NCBI GenBank assembly: GCA_947445855.1
Contig: CANFEH010000003.1
Span: 1-48,193, forward strand
Source of the DNA: Zetaproteobacteria bacterium
GTDB taxonomy: Bacteria; Bdellovibrionota_B; Oligoflexia; Oligoflexales; Bog-1112
Direction: 5' to 3'
DNA: 48,193 nt
The position numbers and the translations under genes are program-made. How positions within the stretch are numbered: the stretch's first letter is position 1; each line of letters begins with the position of its first letter. This document shows positions 9,386-18,144 of the stretch, piece by piece. Below the pieces are notes generated by a model. The model did no database searches and was not told the DNA's origin. It saw only the letters and a list, made by a program, of their open reading frames with translations.

Positions 9386-10372
9386 TTACAATAATTTCTC
9401 GAAAATTAACTTATTTTCCTGTATTTTGCAAAACATATCTTGGCTTAATTGACGTTGAGATTTTTCTTGCGGAAATTCAGTAATCCACTGATACAAAGCG
9501 CTTAGAAGCTTTTCTTCTGGAATGTAATCATCCCCGGCAAATTCTCTTAAAAGGTCCGCTAAAAAAAGACAAATAACCCCTCGCTCCAAACCCTGAAAAA
9601 ACTCTATACGAACAGAAACAATCTTCTCATTTTTCTCTAAAAAATCAGCGGATTTTTGCCTCAAAGTTTCTCTCGTAAAAACAGCCAGTTCGCGTGCCTC
9701 CTTGGCAAAACGAAGAACCCTCTGAGAAGAGCCACGGTAAAGAGTTTCAAGCTCTGGAATAATATCAAGTCTTAACTTATTGCGGCTGTAACACCTTGAA
9801 GAGTTACTTTTATCTTCTCTCCAGGAAATCTCATTTTCCATGGCATAGGTTTTTAAACTTTTTTTCTCCACATCTAGAAGAGGACGCCAGTAGAACTTAT
9901 GTCGTTCAGACATCCCAAGAACACCAAGCGGGCTTGTACCTCGCAAGATCCGCTGCAAAATAGTCTCAAGGAGATCATCTTTTGTGTGCGCTAAAACAAT
10001 TTGCCAACCAGAAGCTGCTAATTTTTCAAAAAACTGATACCGCTCTCCGCGAGCCCAAGCTTGAATTCCTTTTTTGTCTTCAAGAACTTTTTTAGACTTC
10101 TCGGGTCGAAATGAAAAAAAAGGAAGACGAAAGTCCTCTGCCAAATTTTTTAAAAAAATCTCATCCGCATCACTTTCTTCACCTCTTAGAGCATAGTTTA
10201 CATGGCAAACACTAAGAAACACTTGAGTTTTTGTCAGGCTAATTTTGTATAAAAGTTGTAACAACACAGTTGAGTCCACCCCAGCCGAACAGGCGATACA
10301 TAAACTAAGGCTCTTTTTCTCGGGATCAAGGGCCTCTAATTTTTCATTTATAAGAACTTCTAAATGTCTCAT
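9386..10372 (-). CDS. tilS: tRNA(Ile)-lysidine synthetase (short form)
   Basis: PP-loop SAGVDS, HVNYALRG, AHTKDDLLET, RNKLR; upstream of ftsH. Confidence 0.93.
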   Translation of the reverse strand: MRHLEVLINEKLEALDPEKKSLSLCIACSAGVDSTVLLQLLYKISLTKTQVFLSVCHVNYALRGEESDADEIFLKNLAEDFRLPFFSFRPEKSKKVLEDKKGIQAWARGERYQFFEKLAASGWQIVLAHTKDDLLETILQRILRGTSPLGVLGMSERHKFYWRPLLDVEKKSLKTYAMENEISWREDKSNSSRCYSRNKLRLDIIPELETLYRGSSQRVLRFAKEARELAVFTRETLRQKSADFLEKNEKIVSVRIEFFQGLERGVICLFLADLLREFAGDDYIPEEKLLSALYQWITEFPQEKSQRQLSQDMFCKIQENKLIFEKLL

Positions 10373-10542
10373 AAAAAAAGTCTCTTACAGTAAATCTAAG
10401 GATTTTGAAGGCACTCTTGTAACATAAAAAAAAAAATCTCTCTATGGTGATTAGCATTTAGGAATAGATTTTAAAGAATAGCTGAGAGAAACTGCTACAA
10501 CAAAAAAAGAGCTTTAAAACACTTTTTAAGGAGGAACCTCTT

Positions 10543-11313
10543 ATGATATTTAGATTTTTAATTTTTATGACATTTTTTGGATTCACCGATTCAAGCTACG
10601 CAAATCAGCCTAAAGATAAAGTTGCAGATAAAAAGATTCAGCTGCCAGAAGCTTCAAAACCAGCTGAGTCACCAAAAAAAACAGAAGAGATAAAAAAGAC
10701 AAAAGACCTGACCTTAAATGAAGTTTCTGCTTATGCAAAAAGCATGGATTCAACAGCTCAAGCTATGACTCTTGAGTTCAAAGAAGAACTCTACCGCCAT
10801 GCTAGGCAAGTTACGCTCTCAAAAAAAGGGACTGCCTACTTCATAAAACCAGATCAGTTTCGTTGGGAAGTCTCACCTGCAAAACAAGATAGTGCAAAAG
10901 AAATTTGGATTTTTGATGGAAAAAATCTTTTTCAGCACAACACAAAAGAAAAACACGCAACACGCTACAGCTCAAAACTTGGAAAAAACAAGCAGCTAAA
11001 AGAACTTGTAGATATCATCACAAATTTTCGAGCTCTGCTATCTAGCTATAGCTTTGATGGAGCCAAAAAAGAAGATGAACTTGTTCACGTAAAACTGACA
11101 CCAAAACAAAAATCAGAAATTGTTTTTCTTGAGATAACTCTAAAAAAAAGAGATGCAGAAAAGAAAAAACCATTTATGCAAGGACTAACTCTTCATTTTG
11201 AAGATAAAAATAGAACGACATTTGACTTTAACCCTATGCAGGAAGAACAAGTAGCAGATAAGAGCAAACTAACACTACCAAAAGAAATAAAAATAACGGA
11301 TGCTCTCAACTAA
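10543..11313 (+). CDS. lolA: Outer-membrane lipoprotein carrier LolA-like protein
   Basis: Signal peptide; G-x-x-YFIKPDQFRWE...IFDGKNLF pattern typical of LolA; SD AAGGAGG. Confidence 0.8.
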   Translation: MIFRFLIFMTFFGFTDSSYANQPKDKVADKKIQLPEASKPAESPKKTEEIKKTKDLTLNEVSAYAKSMDSTAQAMTLEFKEELYRHARQVTLSKKGTAYFIKPDQFRWEVSPAKQDSAKEIWIFDGKNLFQHNTKEKHATRYSSKLGKNKQLKELVDIITNFRALLSSYSFDGAKKEDELVHVKLTPKQKSEIVFLEITLKKRDAEKKKPFMQGLTLHFEDKNRTTFDFNPMQEEQVADKSKLTLPKEIKITDALN

Positions 11314-11365
11314 ATGTGCTCTTCGTTTTATAAAAAAAATTAACTCTGAGAGAATAAATATACAC

Positions 11366-12076
11366 ATGAAAAAATTTAAAAATTTCTTTGCAACCATTAT
11401 AACTTCTCTCCTTAGCTTTAGCTTGCAAGCAGCAGTTGAAATAGATGAAGCTTTACACGAAGCTTGTCAAAGTTTGCCTGAAGCTTCTATTCCTCTTGGA
11501 GAACTTGGTAACAAGCAGCCTGGTTTCCCAGAACTTCAACAAAAAATACAAGACTCTCTTCCAGCTGTTTTCCCAACAAAAAAAGAGGAGATAAAGGCTT
11601 TAATGACTAAGATAGGTGAGACTTTCGATTGGCAGTTTGACGAAAGTACAGGAATAGGTGGACACTTTATTTTTAATACAAAAGAAAAATTCCTTGTTAA
11701 TGCTTTTATGATCCCCTTAGGTAAAGCCATAAAATCAGAACATATTAAAGGCATGCGCTATACAACAACATATAGAACTGAGTCTGGAGTTGAACAAACT
11801 TATGATGTCAATTTCACAACCACAAAAAAACCAACAGACAAACTTACATCTCACCTTCAAGTAAAAATAGAAAACGGTATCGTGAGGAATGTGAAAAGCT
11901 ATGTATCTAGTCCAGAAGGGCAGTTTTCTAGACCACTTGGTAGAGAGCTAGCTGCGCCAGTAGGAGAAGCTATTTCATTTATGGGGCAGAAGATTAAAAA
12001 TCAAGAAATCACATCTGAAACCTTGGTCATGGTGCGTTATGTGATAGAAGATATTTCAGAAAAATCATGTGAATAA
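11366..12076 (+). CDS. Hypothetical secreted protein
   Basis: Long ORF with a signal peptide from the likely start MKKFKNFFATIITSLLSFSLQA. No recognised motif. Confidence 0.7.
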   Translation: MKKFKNFFATIITSLLSFSLQAAVEIDEALHEACQSLPEASIPLGELGNKQPGFPELQQKIQDSLPAVFPTKKEEIKALMTKIGETFDWQFDESTGIGGHFIFNTKEKFLVNAFMIPLGKAIKSEHIKGMRYTTTYRTESGVEQTYDVNFTTTKKPTDKLTSHLQVKIENGIVRNVKSYVSSPEGQFSRPLGRELAAPVGEAISFMGQKIKNQEITSETLVMVRYVIEDISEKSCE

Positions 12077-12133
12077 ATTAAAGATATCAGCAGCAGCTTT
12101 GGAATAAAAATTTAATTTGTATTTTTTGTGAAG

Positions 12134-12210
12134 TGGTAGGAGTGCCCAGATTCGAACTGGGGACCTCTACGATGTCAACGTAGCGCTCTAACCAACTGAG
12201 CTACACCCCT
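12134..12210 (-). tRNA. tRNA-Val(GAC)
   Basis: Cloverleaf AGGGGTGTAGCTCAGTTGGTTAGAGCG-CTACG-TTGACAT-CGTAG-AGGTCCCCAGTTCGAATCTGGGCACTCCTA-CCA with encoded CCA. Confidence 0.97.
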
Positions 12211-12226
12211 ACAAGGAAGAGAGGGC

Positions 12227-12255
12227 ATACTAGACTTCCCTAGGCTCGAAGTCAA
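12227..12255 (-). promoter_or_regulatory. Putative sigma70 promoter of tRNA-Val
   Basis: TTGACT-N17-TAGTAT, ending 16 nt upstream of the tRNA. Confidence 0.65.
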
Positions 12256-12277
12256 GAATAGTTTTGATCTTAACAGC

Positions 12278-13198
12278 TCAGTTATTAATGAAATAACCAA
12301 GACGCTTATTCATAAGAGCAAGAGATACTGCAAAATTTTCCGCAAGCTGCTTAATAAAATCTTGAGAAATATCAAGCTCTGACATCCTGTTTTTCAACTC
12401 AAGCTCTGGCACCAAAATAAGCCCTGCGAAGAGGTTGCTTTCTATCTCGAGCACTTCTTCTGGAAACTCCACATACTCTTTAATTGCTTGGTCTTTAGTG
12501 AGACAAAGGTGCCTATAAAGTTCTTTGAGAGCTAGAAACTTCATAAAAGAAGGTTGAGAACTCGGCATAGAAAATTTCAGATTTTTTTTGCGTCCATCTC
12601 GAGAATGATACTCCACCTTATAGTCTGCCTCTTGATTCTCTAATAACTCAAGGCTAGCTGAATCAAAAAGTTCATAAACTTTGCTCACAGAAAGTGGAAG
12701 GCTAAAAGGTCTTATTTTTTCTAAGATATCTTTAACAAGACTTGAGAGTGCAGAACTATTAATTTTAAACAGTTCTTCAAAAGACTTACCTTCTCCAAAT
12801 CCTCCTTGTTGCCACTTATCTGGGTATTTGAAGTAATCTTTTTTTAAGTTTTCTAAGTTTGTATTTGAAAAAGAAAAATCTCCATACCCCTTATACTCAA
12901 AAAGAGCTTCATCCAAACGGATATGCCCGGATGTGATCCCAATAAGGAGTCTTTCATCAATGCTCAAATGATCAGCAATGCTTTTTAAAATACTCAAGGT
13001 TTTTATATTTTTTTTCCCTTTTTTCCAATGACTGCAATCAGCTGGGTCATAGCCAAGAATAGAACCTACGTCTTGATCGATCACCTTCACATTCCCAGCG
13101 TAGCGCATCTCAAGAGCACGTTTACAAAATCTAAAAAGTGTTGCTGAGTGTGGATACTTGTCTTGTCTTGTATTCTTCATGGAGCTAACATCCCTCAT
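12278..13198 (-). CDS. XRE-like HTH fused to an ImmA/IrrE (peptidase M78)-like domain; putative regulator
   Basis: N-terminal DQDVGSILGYDPADCSHWKKGKK resembles an HTH. C-terminal EIESNLFAGLILVP...LAENFAVS..LMNKRL resembles the ExEANxFAxxLLMP / LAxxFxVS pattern of M78 domains. Confidence 0.7.
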   Translation of the reverse strand: MRDVSSMKNTRQDKYPHSATLFRFCKRALEMRYAGNVKVIDQDVGSILGYDPADCSHWKKGKKNIKTLSILKSIADHLSIDERLLIGITSGHIRLDEALFEYKGYGDFSFSNTNLENLKKDYFKYPDKWQQGGFGEGKSFEELFKINSSALSSLVKDILEKIRPFSLPLSVSKVYELFDSASLELLENQEADYKVEYHSRDGRKKNLKFSMPSSQPSFMKFLALKELYRHLCLTKDQAIKEYVEFPEEVLEIESNLFAGLILVPELELKNRMSELDISQDFIKQLAENFAVSLALMNKRLGYFINN

Positions 13199-13307
13199 TA
13201 GCTTTGGAATAAGTTACTCCTCCTGAGGCTTATTAAATCGTCTCATTCACACAAACTTCCTGCTGTGCGCTATCTTATGGGAATAGAAATTGGAACAATT
13301 ATCTAAT

Positions 13308-13336
13308 ATTAGAAGCAAAATTTTAACAAACGTCAA
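13308..13336 (-). promoter_or_regulatory. Putative sigma70 promoter of the XRE/ImmA-like gene
   Basis: TTGACG-N17-TCTAAT. Confidence 0.5.
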
Positions 13337-13413
13337 TATATTGGAAAAATTTCATGAGAAATGAGGGAGAAGCTTAAAAGAAAAAAAGAGAGCGGAAACA
13401 AAAATTTTTCAGG

Positions 13414-13899
13414 CTACTTTTTCTCTTTTACCGGCTCAAGGATCACCATAGTCATAGGACCTGCGACCTTCACCATTTTACATGGAAGAGCACGAGCTAC
13501 TTTATCAATTAACTCTTGAGCACGCTCAGGCTTTTCTCTCTCGCGACCTTTTAAACGAACAGACAGTTTAACTTTGTTTCCTTTTTCAAGGAATTTGCCT
13601 ATTTTATTCGTTTTAATCTCGAGATCATTGTCAGAAATATTAATCAAAAAGCGAATTTCTTTTAAAGCACTTGTCGGCTGCTTTTTCTTGCGTGCTTTTT
13701 TCTTTTCGTATTCAATTTTTTTCGAATCCTGAATACGAACAACAGGAGGAGACACGTCTTCGCTCACAAGAACTAAATCTAAACCGCGATCTTCTGCTGC
13801 AGATAAAGCATCTCCAATGGCAATGATCTCATTTACACCTTTTCCAACAATCCTAACTTTATCTAGGCGTTTTGCGCTCTTCCTGTCTAATATTTCCAA
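13414..13899 (-). CDS. infC: Translation initiation factor IF-3
   Basis: ALSAAEDRGLDLVLVS..PPVVRI, LKEIRF..ISDNDLEIK, KVKLSVRLKGRE. TTG start with SD AAGGA. Confidence 0.93.
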   Translation of the reverse strand: MEILDRKSAKRLDKVRIVGKGVNEIIAIGDALSAAEDRGLDLVLVSEDVSPPVVRIQDSKKIEYEKKKARKKKQPTSALKEIRFLINISDNDLEIKTNKIGKFLEKGNKVKLSVRLKGREREKPERAQELIDKVARALPCKMVKVAGPMTMVILEPVKEKK

Positions 13900-13996
13900 A
13901 AATAATCCTTTGCTTTCAACGAGTTAAAAAATTTTGGTGGGAAAAAACGAGAACTTTCCACTCAAAAAGAACCTATCATACAATAAAATCCGCTTT

Positions 13997-14025
13997 ATAA
14001 TACACAAAAGCATCAGAAAAGACAA
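13997..14025 (-). promoter_or_regulatory. Putative sigma70 promoter of infC
   Basis: TTGTCT-N17-TATTAT with TGTG immediately before the -10. Confidence 0.45.
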
Positions 14026-14042
14026 TCTTTTAGGTCTCATTC

Positions 14043-15128
14043 TTATAAGCCCAAAGCTCTTGCAACAGCTGAACAGTGAAGTTTTCCTTCAAAAGTATTT
14101 AAACCCTTTTTGAGCGGTAAGGAAGACTCAAGGGCTCTTTCAACACCTTCGTTTGCAATTTTTAAAGCATACGGAAATGTCACATTTGTCAACGCATAGG
14201 TCGAGGTCATAGGAACTTTCCCAGGCATATTTGTCACAGCATATAAATTGACACCGCAGTGCTTATAGACAGGGTTAGCATGAGTTGTTTTCTTAATATT
14301 TTCAACACTGCCTCCCTGATCTATAGCGACATCCACCACAATAGAATCTTTTTCCATGCTTCGAAGCATTTCCTCTGTAATAAGTTTAGGCGCGCGATCT
14401 CCCGTGACAAGAACAGCGCCCACTACAAGATCTGCTTTCGTAACCTCTCTAAAAATATTTTCAGGATTGGAAGCCAACACTGTCAAACGGCTACCATACA
14501 AATCATCTAAAGCAGCTAATTTTTTTTGATCAATATCAAGAATAGTAACATGGGCACCAAGACCCATAGCCATTTTAGCTGCATTTAGACCAACAGCACC
14601 CGCTCCAATAATAGTCACCTGACCTCGTCTCACCCCTGGGACTCCACCAAGAAGAAGCCCTTTTCCTCCGTTATCTTTTTCAAGATACTGAGCACCCACT
14701 TGAATAGACATGCGACCAGCTACTTCGCTCATAGGCTGCAAGAGAGGCAAAGAGCCATCATCTAGTTGCACTGTTTCATAAGCAATACCTGTGACTTTTC
14801 GATTAAGAAGCGTTCTTGTGAGTTCAGGTTCTGCGGCTAAATGCAAATAGGTGTAGAGAATGAGCCCTGGTCTTAATAAAGAGTATTCTGACTCTACCGG
14901 TTCTTTGACTTTTACAATCATTTCAGCTCGGTCCCACACATCACAAGCTGTAGTGAGAAGTGTAGCTCCAGCTGTCTCGTACATTTCATCCAAAAAACCT
15001 GCCCCTAACCCAGCTCCTTTTTCTACACAAACCTTATGACCACAAGCAACTAGTTGCTTCACTCCAGCAGGTGTCATAGAAACACGATTTTCTCTTTCTT
15101 TGATTTCTTTTGGCACACCAACAAGCAT
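14043..15128 (-). CDS. ald: Alanine dehydrogenase
   Basis: GVPKEIKERENRV, TYLHLAA, PMSEVAGR, GKGLLLGGVPGV, DVAIDQGG, NMPG. Confidence 0.97.
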   Translation of the reverse strand: MLVGVPKEIKERENRVSMTPAGVKQLVACGHKVCVEKGAGLGAGFLDEMYETAGATLLTTACDVWDRAEMIVKVKEPVESEYSLLRPGLILYTYLHLAAEPELTRTLLNRKVTGIAYETVQLDDGSLPLLQPMSEVAGRMSIQVGAQYLEKDNGGKGLLLGGVPGVRRGQVTIIGAGAVGLNAAKMAMGLGAHVTILDIDQKKLAALDDLYGSRLTVLASNPENIFREVTKADLVVGAVLVTGDRAPKLITEEMLRSMEKDSIVVDVAIDQGGSVENIKKTTHANPVYKHCGVNLYAVTNMPGKVPMTSTYALTNVTFPYALKIANEGVERALESSLPLKKGLNTFEGKLHCSAVARALGL

Positions 15129-15243
15129 AGTCTCTACTCCTCATGAAAGTGGTTCAAATCAACTCAAACTGTGATAACAGACCTCGAGCCTTCCTGTAAA
15201 TATACTGATTTTTTTTTAGCCATAGGAATTTAAGGGGGAGCAA

Positions 15244-17310
15244 CTAGAGTTTTTTCTCTCTAAATGTTAGAAAGTCAAAAGAAAGAATGCTTTGGTTCTG
15301 TTCCTTTGTTGCCATAGGAGCTAGAGATTCTAGTTCAAACCGAATTTTTAGTATTTCTTCTTTAGCTTTTACAAGAGGAAGAGTAATAAAAATTGGTTTT
15401 ATAGGAAACTGTAATTTTTTCTTTAACTCTTCATTCACATAAATATTCACACGCACAGGAGGCTCTTTTGTGATGTCTTTTGTATCTGGTAGGATATAAA
15501 AAGAAAAAATTCCTTCTGCATTGTTTTTAACTAGGAATGATCTTTCTACAGAAACAATCTGTTTTTCTGAGCTACCTCTAAGAGGCTTTAATTTCAACAT
15601 AGCATAAGCTTTTTGGAAAAAATTATCTTCAAATTTCACTTTTAGATGGGAGCATTCTTTTTTTGATATGGATTCAGAACACGTTGGCTCTGAAAAAGTT
15701 CTCATATCAAAAATCTTGTAATCTGTTTTTGGAAAAAAGAAAAGAAAACTAAAAACAAGAAGAGATAAAATCAAAGCAAGAAGAATAGGGCCTTTTAAAT
15801 CTAATCTTAAAGATGAGGTATTTTCTTTTTTTGAGAAAATAGAACCAAAAACACCTGAGACTATCATCCCCCAAGGGGCCCAGCAAAGATAAAAGTAACG
15901 AGGTTGAACTTCTCCCACTAAACCAAGAGCTAAACAAAAGACACTTACATAAATAAGAGGAAGATAAACTTTTTCATTGAGCCTCCTAAAGAAAACTGCA
16001 TCTATAAAATAATAGAAAAAAGAAATTAAGAGCAAAACAGAAAATATTTTCAAATAAAGATCGTTTGCTCTTTTAAAATTTTGACTTATTTGCGTTTGTT
16101 CAACTTTCTCTACCCCCTTAAGACGAGAGTCGTAAAAAATATTTAAACCTATATAGCGCATGCCTTGAGTCAAACGAGCAGTATAATTTTCAAATCTATT
16201 ATGACCATTATAATAAAGATCTGAGCCTAAAATAGATTTTAAATAAAACTTGAGGTCTTCAATTCTTAGTGACTGATCTTGCTTATTGTTATTAATGATT
16301 GTCTTAGCATAAGACTGCCAAAAGATATTAGCATCGCTCCATCTTCCTCTAGAAAAACTATGCCCGTGATTAAAATAAGTTCCGTATTGTCTACCAATTT
16401 TATGAGGCTCTAAAATTCCACCATCTCGCAAAGAAAAAACCACATTTTTTACTACTACACCTTGAATAATCAAAAGGAAAAAAAGTACTAAAAATTTTAA
16501 TCGAGTGGACTTTTCTTTGCTTTTTAATAAAAAACAAAATGTTAACAGCAAAAAAGTAAACCAAGGAATCACAAAAATCCCGCGATTAACCTCTGTAAGC
16601 AGTCCAAAGAAAGTTAAAGAAAAAAATAGCAGGATAAACCAAATAATTTGAGTTCGCAGATTTAAGTCTATTAAAAAACTAAGTACAAACAAATAAGCAA
16701 CAGCATAAAAGCTTCCAGAAATATCTTGAGAAGGAATAAGAGATGCAAAATAAAACTCAGGAACAAAAGACAATATTAAAAAGCATAAAAGACCTGCAAA
16801 AGAAGATTGCCACCTTCTTACCATAGAAGCACACATCAAATTTTGAAGTGTTATAACTGTGATATTAAAAACTTTAAAAACACTAGCAGAAGTACCAAAA
16901 AGATAAACAAGCGGAACCAAGTACGTTGTTGCTCTTTCTTTTGGTAAAGACTCTGGACGGCTCCACCCATTCTGAGAAACGTCAAGAGCATAATTCCACA
17001 TCGTTCTAAAGTCGCTATAAAAATCTTGCTCATAAGAAAAAACAAACAGGTAACGAAAGATCCATGTGATAACTGCCAAAGATAAAAGTATTGGTAAATA
17101 ATTTTTATCTGTCACTTTTTTTGAGAGAAAAAAAACAAAAAAAATAGATATTAGTAATATAAAAAAAATCTCTATTTTTAATGATGGAACTACCTGGTAA
17201 ACATAAAAAGAAGGTACAAGACCTCCAAGGAGAACAATTAAAACGAGACCAGCTATGCATATACTTTTTACAGAAGGTAAGAAAAAACCTTCTAAGAGTT
17301 TTATCCCCAT
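15244..17310 (-). CDS. Multi-pass membrane protein, possible GT-C-fold glycosyltransferase with a C-terminal soluble domain
   Basis: Many hydrophobic segments, early acidic loop (EQDFYSDF), late GEVQPRYF motif, hydrophilic C-terminal domain. Confidence 0.55.
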   Translation of the reverse strand: MGIKLLEGFFLPSVKSICIAGLVLIVLLGGLVPSFYVYQVVPSLKIEIFFILLISIFFVFFLSKKVTDKNYLPILLSLAVITWIFRYLFVFSYEQDFYSDFRTMWNYALDVSQNGWSRPESLPKERATTYLVPLVYLFGTSASVFKVFNITVITLQNLMCASMVRRWQSSFAGLLCFLILSFVPEFYFASLIPSQDISGSFYAVAYLFVLSFLIDLNLRTQIIWFILLFFSLTFFGLLTEVNRGIFVIPWFTFLLLTFCFLLKSKEKSTRLKFLVLFFLLIIQGVVVKNVVFSLRDGGILEPHKIGRQYGTYFNHGHSFSRGRWSDANIFWQSYAKTIINNNKQDQSLRIEDLKFYLKSILGSDLYYNGHNRFENYTARLTQGMRYIGLNIFYDSRLKGVEKVEQTQISQNFKRANDLYLKIFSVLLLISFFYYFIDAVFFRRLNEKVYLPLIYVSVFCLALGLVGEVQPRYFYLCWAPWGMIVSGVFGSIFSKKENTSSLRLDLKGPILLALILSLLVFSFLFFFPKTDYKIFDMRTFSEPTCSESISKKECSHLKVKFEDNFFQKAYAMLKLKPLRGSSEKQIVSVERSFLVKNNAEGIFSFYILPDTKDITKEPPVRVNIYVNEELKKKLQFPIKPIFITLPLVKAKEEILKIRFELESLAPMATKEQNQSILSFDFLTFREKKL

Positions 17311-17332
17311 GAATTTCCTTTTTCTTTAAATT

Positions 17333-18127
17333 TTATGGGTTGACTTGAAGCTTAAGTCCATCATAAGCAAAGAAAATATTTTTAGACAAGTTTAAAGAAT
17401 GAGTTTTGTGATCAACTTGATGAGATAAGTGTGTCAGATAACCTTCTTTGACTTCTAGTTTTTTAAAAATTTCAATGGTTTCTGGGATAGAACTATGTGT
17501 CCCATGAGGTTTATAAGTAGGAGCACTTGCAATCATCACCTCAATCTTTCCTTTCCATTTTTCAATAAGCTCTTCTGGAAAAGTTTTGAAATCTGTTGCG
17601 TACAAAAAAGAACCAAGCTTAAAGAGAGTTGAATTCGTAGAACCATGAGGAAGAGAAGCCGTTTCAATAAAAGGATCTGTAAAATCTTCCAAGAGTTCTT
17701 CTTTGGTAAGAAACTCAAGGCTTGGTTTAATTCCTGCATAACCAGTGTCACGGAACATGTAGTAGAAACGATCTCGCAACTCAATTTCATGATCAGGATC
17801 AGCCCAAACTTTCATAGTCTTTCGTTCGCGAAAAAAAAGAGGGCGCAAATCATCCAAACCATGACAATGATCAGCGTGAGTGTGAGTAAAAAAAACATAA
17901 TCAATAGAATGGATATTTTCACGCAAAAGCTGCTCACGCAAATCTGGTGTTGTATCTATTAAAATATTACGACCTAATTTTTTGTCAGAAATAAAAATAG
18001 AAGAACGTAAACGCTTATTATAAGGGGATGTGCTTTTACAAATATCACAAGAGCAACCTATAACAGGAACCCCTGTGGAAGTTCCAGAACCAAGAACAGT
18101 GACTTCAAAACGAGTTGAGTTTGACAT
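17333..18127 (-). CDS. PhnP-like metallo-beta-lactamase-fold hydrolase
   Basis: LGSGTSTGVPVIGCSC..C, THTHADHCHGLDDLR, THLSH. Confidence 0.9.
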   Translation of the reverse strand: MSNSTRFEVTVLGSGTSTGVPVIGCSCDICKSTSPYNKRLRSSIFISDKKLGRNILIDTTPDLREQLLRENIHSIDYVFFTHTHADHCHGLDDLRPLFFRERKTMKVWADPDHEIELRDRFYYMFRDTGYAGIKPSLEFLTKEELLEDFTDPFIETASLPHGSTNSTLFKLGSFLYATDFKTFPEELIEKWKGKIEVMIASAPTYKPHGTHSSIPETIEIFKKLEVKEGYLTHLSHQVDHKTHSLNLSKNIFFAYDGLKLQVNP

Positions 18128-18144
18128 GAAAAAAAACCGATTTA

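Noticed and set aside
10426-10436. Poly-A run between tilS and lolA as a phase-variation tract
   Set aside because: A/T runs of 8-11 nt are common throughout this AT-rich window, and the flanking genes are essential.
11300-13198. Genomic island or prophage integrated at tRNA-Val
   Set aside because: No integrase, phage genes or duplicated tRNA 3' end seen. The ImmA-like gene lies on the 5' side of the tRNA.
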